From an uncultured Candidatus Binatia bacterium (GTDB taxonomy: Bacteria; Desulfobacterota; Binatia; UBA9968; JAJDTQ01), in contig OZ243984.1 in assembly GCA_965214905.1 (NCBI GenBank), forward strand, positions 3,504,628 through 3,568,627: a stretch of 64,000 nt of DNA, read 5' to 3'. Below the pieces are notes generated by a model. That model saw nothing but the letters and a program-made list of their open reading frames with translations. It was not told the DNA's origin and made no database searches. Position numbers and translations under genes: made by a program. The stretch's first letter is position 1. Every line of letters starts with the position of its first letter. Of the stretch, positions 57,633 to 64,000 are shown piece after piece.

Positions 57633-59130
57633 CGGTCTTGATCCGGTAGGCTTCCTGGTGCAGCTCGGAATTCGCCTTGATGATCACCTTGCGGTCGATC
57701 TCGCGCTCCAGGGCCTCCAGTCCTTCATGGGCGTCGTCGTACAGGAAGTTGGCGATGCCGGGGTGGACGTGCAGGGTGATGCGGGCGCCGTTTTCGAGTT
57801 GGGCGCACTCCCGCTTGATGTTGCGGAGGATCTCGTAGGCAATGGTGGGTTGGGACTTGATGCGGCCGCGTCCCGCGCAGTAGGGACACGGACTCAACAG
57901 GACGTTGCCGAGATTCTCCCGGGTGCGTTGCCGGGTCATCTCCACCAGCCCGAGCCTGGAGATGGGGAGCACGCTGGTCTTGGCCTTGTCTTCCTTCACT
58001 GCCTCTTTCAGCGCGTCGTAGATCTTCTTCCGGTTGGCGGCCTGCTCCATGTCGATGAAGTCGATGATGATGATGCCGCCGACGTTGCGCAGGCGTAACT
58101 GATGCACGACCTCGCGCGCGGCCTCCAGGTTGATCTTGAAGACGGTGGCTTCCAGATCCTTCTTCCCGACGTAACGCCCGGTATTCACGTCCACCGCCGT
58201 CAACGCTTCGGTCTGTTCGATGTTGATGTGTCCACCGGAATTGAGCCAGATCTTCGGCTCCAGCGCCTTGCGGACCCTGCGTTCGACCTCATGGCGGTCG
58301 AGCAACGGCTCGGGCTCGTCGTACAGCACGACGCGCCCCTTGAGGCGCGGCATGAACTGATCCACGAACTCGACCACCCGGCGATATTCCCTGGCGTCAT
58401 CCACCACCACCTCGTCGGTGTTGGCGTTGAAGAAGTCGCGAATGGTGCGCGGCACCAGGTCCAGATCCTGATGAATCAGCTCGGGCGTGGCCGCCGATTC
58501 CAGCCGCTTGCGAATCCGGCTCCAGAGCTTGGTCAGGAACCGGACGTCGCTCTGGATGTCTTTCTTGTTGCGTCCCTCGCACGCGGTCCGGATGATGAAC
58601 CCTTCATCCTCCCGAGCCAACCCTTGGACGAGTTCCTTCAGCCGCTTTCGTTCCTTCTCGTCCTCGATCTTGCGGGAAACGGCCACGTGGCGGGTGTTGG
58701 GCATGAAGACGAGGAACCGACCGGGCAGGGAGATGTGAGTGGTGACGCGGGCGCCCTTCATTCCCAGCGGGTCCTTGGCGACCTGAACCAGGATCTCCTG
58801 GTCCGGGCCGAGTTGCTGTTCGATCCGGAGCCGGCCGGGTTCGGGGGCGGGCGCGAGCAGGACCTCGTCATCGGTTACGTCGGCGGCCGCCGGCAGCGGG
58901 GCTGAAGGGGATTGGATGTCCGAAGCATGGAGGAAGGCCGCTTTCTCCAGTCCGATGTCTACGAACGCCGCCTGCATTCCGGGCAGCACGCGTCCTACCC
59001 GGCCCTTGTAGATGTTGCCGACGGAGCCCTTTTCCTGGTTGCGCTCGATGAGGAACTCGGCCAGGCCGTTGTCCTCCATTACCGCGATGCGGGTTTCCTG
59101 GGGGGTGGTGTTTATAAGTATCCGTCTCAT
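57628..59130 (-). CDS. rng: Ribonuclease G/E family endoribonuclease (RNase G-like, about 500 aa)
   Basis: S1 domain (MRRILINTTPQETRIAVMED...GNIYKGRV), DNase-I-like catalytic core (...TAVDVNTG...IIIDFID...) and a Zn-link CPYCAGRG. Confidence 0.85.
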   Translation of the reverse strand: MRRILINTTPQETRIAVMEDNGLAEFLIERNQEKGSVGNIYKGRVGRVLPGMQAAFVDIGLEKAAFLHASDIQSPSAPLPAAADVTDDEVLLAPAPEPGRLRIEQQLGPDQEILVQVAKDPLGMKGARVTTHISLPGRFLVFMPNTRHVAVSRKIEDEKERKRLKELVQGLAREDEGFIIRTACEGRNKKDIQSDVRFLTKLWSRIRKRLESAATPELIHQDLDLVPRTIRDFFNANTDEVVVDDAREYRRVVEFVDQFMPRLKGRVVLYDEPEPLLDRHEVERRVRKALEPKIWLNSGGHINIEQTEALTAVDVNTGRYVGKKDLEATVFKINLEAAREVVHQLRLRNVGGIIIIDFIDMEQAANRKKIYDALKEAVKEDKAKTSVLPISRLGLVEMTRQRTRENLGNVLLSPCPYCAGRGRIKSQPTIAYEILRNIKRECAQLENGARITLHVHPGIANFLYDDAHEGLEALEREIDRKVIIKANSELHQEAYRIKTD

Positions 59131-59421
59131 GGGTCGGATCGTTGCGGACTCGCTGACAAGGAGAAGGGCGTAGGCACCCCGGTCCAAACAGTGGGCAGTC
59201 AACAGCAGGCAGTCTATAGTAACACGCGGTCCGGAATACCGATAACCTGGAGGATAGGCCAGTTGATGCGAAATGGCAAGTTGACGTCCGGCCGGTGCGG
59301 AACACCGCGTGTTTGACAAGGCGCCTGCCGGACGATAAGTTCCTCTTGATTCGGTCAGGGGCCTTCGTGAATACCGGTACAGGCAGGGAGTCCAGGGAGC
59401 ATCGCCGTGGGCCGTTCTCCG

Positions 59422-60018
59422 ATGCACACAAAAGTGCTGATGTTGAATCGTTCGTATCTACCGATACACGTCACGTCGGTACGCCGGGCCTTCACGCTGC
59501 TCTACCTGGGCCTCGCCAGGGTCGTCAACGAAAGATACCAGACCTTCGACTTCGAGGGGTGGAGCGACCTTGCGGTTTCGGTCCATGAGGAAACCGTGGG
59601 ATTGGTCGACCACGTCGTACGTGTGCCGCGGGTCATACTCCTGGTCCGGTACGACCGCGTGCCGAAGCGGCAGGTCCGATTCAGCCGCTACAACATCTAT
59701 GCTCGTGACCAGTCCACCTGCCAGTACTGTGGCCGCAATCTGCCGCGGCACCAGCTCAACCTGGATCACGTGATTCCCCGTTCCCTGGGCGGCACCTCCA
59801 GGTGGGAGAACGTCGTCTGCTCCTGTGTTCCGTGCAACCGCAGGAAGGGCGGACGCACCCCCCAGGAAGCCCGGATGAAGCTGTTGCGCGAGCCCTACAA
59901 GCCTACCTGGACCCCTTTCATCCAGGAGGGCGACGGTAACGTCCGCTATCGCGAGTGGCGGCCGTTCCTTTCAACCGTCGATGCCTCCTACTGGAACTCC
60001 GCCTTGCTGCAGGAATAG
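59422..60018 (+). CDS. HNH endonuclease family protein
   Basis: ...CQYCGRNLPRHQLNLDHVIPRSLGGTSRWENVVCSCVPCNRRKG is a textbook HNH motif. Confidence 0.8.
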   Translation: MHTKVLMLNRSYLPIHVTSVRRAFTLLYLGLARVVNERYQTFDFEGWSDLAVSVHEETVGLVDHVVRVPRVILLVRYDRVPKRQVRFSRYNIYARDQSTCQYCGRNLPRHQLNLDHVIPRSLGGTSRWENVVCSCVPCNRRKGGRTPQEARMKLLREPYKPTWTPFIQEGDGNVRYREWRPFLSTVDASYWNSALLQE

Positions 60019-60085
60019 GCATTTCCCGCGATTCAACATGTTGTGGTGTGGAGGCCACTCCGTCACTTCATGTTGTGACTTTCCC

Positions 60086-60115
60086 TTGACAGTAGTCCCC
60101 TGGGTGTGAAATAAA
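60086..60115 (+). promoter_or_regulatory. Candidate sigma70-type promoter for smc: TTGACA, 18-bp spacer, AATAAA
   Basis: cccTTGACAgtagtcccctgggtgtgaAATAAAag lies about 55 bp upstream of the smc ATG. A direct repeat CATGTTGTG x2 sits just upstream. Confidence 0.3.
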
Positions 60116-60170
60116 AGTACAATAGGATTCCCGTTTCGGCGGGTGTCCTGAAGAGTACGGGATTCATTGT

Positions 60171-63100
60171 ATGCGTCTGAAGGCTCTGGAAGTTTCCGGG
60201 TTCAAGTCTTTCGCGGGGAAGACCGTCCTGAATTTCACCTCCGATATCACCGGGATCGTGGGACCCAACGGTTGCGGGAAGTCCAACGTCGTGGATGCGC
60301 TCCAATGGGCCATGGGCGAGCAGAGTGTCCGTTATCTCCGTGGCCGGACCATGGAGGACGTCATTTTCAGCGGCAGCGAGCAGCTCGCCCCCATCGGGAT
60401 GGCCGAGGTCACCGCGCTGCTGGACAATTCCGATGGCAGCGCGCCGGCCGACTACGGCGCCTTCGGTGAAATCGCCGTCACCCGGCGGCTCTTTCGCTCG
60501 GGCGAGTCGGAGTATTCCATCAACCGGGTGACTTGCCGTTTGCGCGACATTGTCGAGCTCTTCATGGGGACGGGAGTCGGTAACAAGTCGTACTCCATCA
60601 TCGGGCAGGGGCGCGTCGCGGAGTTGGTGAACTCGAAGCCTGAAGACCGGCGCCGCATCATTGAAGAGGCCGCGGGCACGAGCCGGTTCAAGAGCCGCCG
60701 GCAGGCGGCGGAAAGGAAGATGGAGCGAACGCGGCAGAATCTTCTGCGCGTCGATGACATCGTCCGCGAGGTAGAGCGGCAGCTTCACAAGATCGAACTG
60801 CAGGCAAAGAAGGCCGAACGGTACCGGAACCTTCAGGAACAATTGCAGGACAAGGAGCTTCGTTGGGCCGCCGTCCGCAGGCTGGAGTGGGAGCGAGAGA
60901 TCGCCGAGCGCGGCGCCGAAGTGGATGCCGTCGAAGATCGGATTGCTTCGCTCATGGCCACGGTGCGGGCGAGAGAGGCGGAGTGCGAGCGCAGTCGAGT
61001 CGCCCTGCTCGACATGGACGGCGAGATCGGATCATCGCAGGAGCGGCTCTACCAGCTCAGGCTGGAGGTCAAGGCGGAAGAGCAGAGAATAGGGTTCTTC
61101 GAGCGTGAAGAGGACGAACGGAAGGATTCCGTCGCAAGGGCCAAGGCCGATGCCGTCCATACCGGCGCGCGGCTGGAAACGGTGGCGAGCGAGATAGCGG
61201 ATCTGGGCAAGGCGAGCGAAGACTTCGCCCGACTCTCCCTTTTCGAAGCGGAACGGGTGACGCGTATCGAGGTGGACGTGGCGGGTTTGCGGACCCGTAT
61301 CGAGACGCTTCAGGCGACGGTCGAGCGTGACAGAGATCTCTTGGTGGATCGTGTCGGAGCCCACTCGCAACTCACCAATACCCGACGGGCTCATGAAGAG
61401 CGTCTGGGGCATTCGAGAGCCGGATCGGCGGAGAAGGAGAGTCGGCGAAAGGGTGTCGAGCAGACGCTGGAAGCCCTGGACGGCCGGCGCGCCAGGGAGT
61501 CCATGGAGCTCGAGCAGTGCGGGACGCGCGTGGCCGAGCTGGGTGAGCGTCTGCGTCGGGCCGACACGGAGTCGGAGAGCGTCAAGGCGGCCCTGGCCGA
61601 GCACGAGGAGGTCCTGGCCCGACTCAAGGACGAGTTGCACGAAGCGCGTTCCGGCCTGAGCTCCCTTGAAACATTGCAAAAGAACTTCGAGGGCTATCAG
61701 GAGGGTGTCCGGGCCGTCATGCTCAAGCATCAAAGCAACGGCCGGTCGGACGGGATTTGCGGCGTGGTCGCCGATTTTATCGAAGCCCCCGAAAACGTGG
61801 AGAAGGCATTGACGGCGGTGCTGGGCGATCGCCTTCAATACGTGATCGTGCAGGGACACCAGGAGGGGGTGGAGGCCATCGAGTATCTGAAGCGCGAATC
61901 GGCGGGTCGGAGCGGATTCATTCCGCGCCGTCTCGAACGCCGGTGCGGCGCCCCGCCGGTTACGCTTTCGGGTCCGGACGTCATCGCCCCCCTGCTCGGG
62001 CTCGTGGAGGTTAAAGAAGGTTACCGGGAGGTGGCCGACTATCTGTTGGGCGACGTGGCGGTGGTCCGGGATCTGGAATCGGGACTGGGGCTTTGGCGCT
62101 CCAACGGATTCAGTCATTCGTTGGTGACGCTGGACGGCGAGGTCATCGATCCCGTGGGGATGGTCACCGGAGGGAGTGCGGAAAGCCTGGAAGGCAATCC
62201 GATCTCGCGGCGCCGCAGGATCAAGGAGCTGAAGCAGCAGGTCGCCACCGGCGAGAAGCAGGTCCGGGATCAGGAAGAACGGGTCGTCGCGACAAGGTCC
62301 GAGTTGCAGCGAATGGAGTCCGAACGCCAGCGGTTGACGGATGAGGCCCGGGACCTGGCGGTCGCCAAGGTTCAACTCGAGCACGAGTTGTCGGCGACGG
62401 ACCAGGCCATTGCCCGTTCGCGCCGGGACTTGGCAACCATCGGCCAGGAGTTGCGTAACCTGTCGGACGAGATCGGCGGCCTGACCAACTCCATCGCGGC
62501 GTGTGATACGGCCATCGCCGGGAGCGAGCGTGAACGGGCGGCGTTGGAGTCGCGCGTGCGGGAGCTCCAGGGCTCATGCCGGCAAACCGAGGAAGAGTTG
62601 CGGACCGCGGAATCACGGCTTACCGACTCCCGCATACGGGCGGCGGCGGCGAAGGAGAAGGAGGAGAACTCCAGGTCGAATCTCGAGAATCGGGTCAGAT
62701 TACGCGCCGAGCTCGCATCGCAGCTCCAGGAGCGCGAGGCGCGGATCGCGGAAACGGCTCGCAGGACTCACGAGATGAAGGTAGCCCGCGAGCAGTCGGA
62801 AGCGCGGATTCAGGCGTTGCGGGTGCAGCTCCGGGATGCGGAAGGTGAAGTGGCGTCGCGGCAGCAGGAGTACCGCGGGCTCTCGACCCGGATCCGTGAG
62901 GTGGAAGAGGCCATTCACCTCATTCGTCCCGACATCGACGCCAGACAACAGGACAAGGTGCGGCTTCTGGGGTTGCAGAACGAGAAGGTTACGGCACTGC
63001 GTTACCTGTGCGACGAGATGCGGGAGAAGTACGCCGTGGAATTGGCGGAGTTCACACCGGAAGCCGACGTCGAGGCCTCGGTCGCCGGTGACCTGGCCGA

Positions 63101-63728
63101 AGAGGTTGCGGAGTTGCGGGCCCGGCTGCAACGGATGGGTGAGGTGAATCTCGCGGCCATCGGCGAGTTCGAAGAGCTCACCGAACGGAACCGTTACCTG
63201 AGCGGGCAACGAGACGATCTGGAACGGTCCATGGCCGATCTGCAACAGACCATCACCAAGCTGAATCGAATCTGCCGGCTGCGGTTCAAGGAGAGCTTCG
63301 AAAAGATCAACCAGGAGTTTCAGGCGATCTTCCCCAGACTGTTCAACGGCGGGAAGGCGTTGTTGACGCTGACCGACGAGAACGACTATCTGGAAACCGG
63401 GGTCGACATCGTTGCACAGCCGCCCGGCAAGACGCTTAGATCCATCGGCCTGCTGTCGGGAGGCGAGATGGCCCTGACGGCGGTGAGTCTTCTGTTCGCG
63501 ATCTTCCTGACCAAACCGAGCCCGTTCTGTTTTCTCGACGAGGTGGATGCGCCGCTCGACGACGCGAACATCGATCGGTTCATCGATGTGGTAAAGGAGA
63601 TGACCCGCTTGTCGCAGTTCATGATCATCACCCACAACAAGAAGACGATGCTGGCGGCCGACATGCTCTACGGTATCACCATGGAAGATCCAGGGGTTTC
63701 CAAGGTCGTATCCGTAGAGATGGTCTAG
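60171..63728 (+). CDS. smc: Chromosome segregation protein SMC
   Basis: The N-terminus contains the Walker A motif (GPNGCGKSN). There are long coiled coils and a hinge. The C-terminus has the signature motif (LSGGE) and Walker B (LDEVDAPLDD). Confidence 0.95.
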   Translation: MRLKALEVSGFKSFAGKTVLNFTSDITGIVGPNGCGKSNVVDALQWAMGEQSVRYLRGRTMEDVIFSGSEQLAPIGMAEVTALLDNSDGSAPADYGAFGEIAVTRRLFRSGESEYSINRVTCRLRDIVELFMGTGVGNKSYSIIGQGRVAELVNSKPEDRRRIIEEAAGTSRFKSRRQAAERKMERTRQNLLRVDDIVREVERQLHKIELQAKKAERYRNLQEQLQDKELRWAAVRRLEWEREIAERGAEVDAVEDRIASLMATVRAREAECERSRVALLDMDGEIGSSQERLYQLRLEVKAEEQRIGFFEREEDERKDSVARAKADAVHTGARLETVASEIADLGKASEDFARLSLFEAERVTRIEVDVAGLRTRIETLQATVERDRDLLVDRVGAHSQLTNTRRAHEERLGHSRAGSAEKESRRKGVEQTLEALDGRRARESMELEQCGTRVAELGERLRRADTESESVKAALAEHEEVLARLKDELHEARSGLSSLETLQKNFEGYQEGVRAVMLKHQSNGRSDGICGVVADFIEAPENVEKALTAVLGDRLQYVIVQGHQEGVEAIEYLKRESAGRSGFIPRRLERRCGAPPVTLSGPDVIAPLLGLVEVKEGYREVADYLLGDVAVVRDLESGLGLWRSNGFSHSLVTLDGEVIDPVGMVTGGSAESLEGNPISRRRRIKELKQQVATGEKQVRDQEERVVATRSELQRMESERQRLTDEARDLAVAKVQLEHELSATDQAIARSRRDLATIGQELRNLSDEIGGLTNSIAACDTAIAGSERERAALESRVRELQGSCRQTEEELRTAESRLTDSRIRAAAAKEKEENSRSNLENRVRLRAELASQLQEREARIAETARRTHEMKVAREQSEARIQALRVQLRDAEGEVASRQQEYRGLSTRIREVEEAIHLIRPDIDARQQDKVRLLGLQNEKVTALRYLCDEMREKYAVELAEFTPEADVEASVAGDLAEEVAELRARLQRMGEVNLAAIGEFEELTERNRYLSGQRDDLERSMADLQQTITKLNRICRLRFKESFEKINQEFQAIFPRLFNGGKALLTLTDENDYLETGVDIVAQPPGKTLRSIGLLSGGEMALTAVSLLFAIFLTKPSPFCFLDEVDAPLDDANIDRFIDVVKEMTRLSQFMIITHNKKTMLAADMLYGITMEDPGVSKVVSVEMV

Positions 63729-63763
63729 GAGCCTGTCCGGATTTCAAACGAGATCATCGATCC

Positions 63764-64000
63764 ATGGAGCAGCGAGAAGGGTTTTTTGCGCGTCTCAGGC
63801 GGGGTCTGTCGCGGACGAGGGCGGCATGGGCCAGCCGTCTGGAGGGGGTCCTGGCGAAGGCCGGCTCGTCGGAAGACGACTGGGATGCGTTGGAGGAGCT
63901 CCTCCTCGGCGCCGACTTCGGCGTCCAGGCGACCCAGCGGCTGCTGGCTTCCGTGCGCAGCCGGGCCGGAAACGGCGATGGAGCCGTATTGTTGCGACGG
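63764..64000 (+). CDS. ftsY: Signal recognition particle receptor FtsY (5' partial; runs off the window)
   Basis: GFFARLRRGLSRTRAAWASRLEGV...DDWDALEELLLGADFGV is the conserved FtsY N-domain start. Confidence 0.7.
   Translation, partial: MEQREGFFARLRRGLSRTRAAWASRLEGVLAKAGSSEDDWDALEELLLGADFGVQATQRLLASVRSRAGNGDGAVLLRR

Noticed and set aside
1-64000. CRISPR arrays, rRNA and tRNA genes
   Set aside because: No short direct repeats with unique spacers were seen. No rRNA-like conserved stretches or tRNA cloverleaf-like GC-boxed 75-nt units were recognised.

Overview
This is a high-GC (about 65% by eye) bacterial chromosomal segment with no rRNA, tRNA or CRISPR. Most of it is core metabolism and transport. 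There are several amidohydrolase-2 enzymes, a TRAP DctPQM transporter, a NitT/TauT-type ABC transporter, two LLM flavin oxidoreductases, a family III CoA-transferase, a HyuB-like hydantoinase, and MFS and TAXI transporters. The far end is housekeeping: phoU-phoB-phoR, rng, smc and ftsY. Two lower-GC accessory islands stand out. (1) At about 4.4-12.2 kb there is a graveyard of decaying defence and toxin-antitoxin genes. It holds a multiply frameshifted P-loop NTPase with a possible SIR2-like N-terminus, an AlbA_2 fragment, Phd with a truncated VapC, a DUF433/DUF5615 pair, MntA with a truncated HepT, an intact-looking OLD-family ABC-ATPase/Toprim gene inside remnants of a type I RM locus (hsdS and hsdM fragments), and a retropepsin-like protease. 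(2) At about 36.5-40.7 kb there is an apparently intact compact restriction-modification module. It has an RHH protein, a beta-class N6/N4 methyltransferase, a D12 (Dam-like) N6A methyltransferase, and a convergent single-HKD phospholipase-D-family nuclease (BfiI/NgoFVII-like), sitting between a metabolic operon and an xdh-family gene. Two other features are notable. One is a roughly 1070-aa lipobox-to-C-terminal-TM coiled-coil protein built from about 15 near-identical 150-bp tandem repeats. The other is a dispersed family of nested-palindrome REP/MITE-like intergenic elements (core GGGCGGGTTTGAAACCCGCCC plus a CTACGGCGCAGGCTCCTAGGAGCCTGCGCCGTAG module), one copy of which carries a 79-bp AT-rich insert. 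Every call rests on my reading of the translated ORFs and the DNA; no searches were run.
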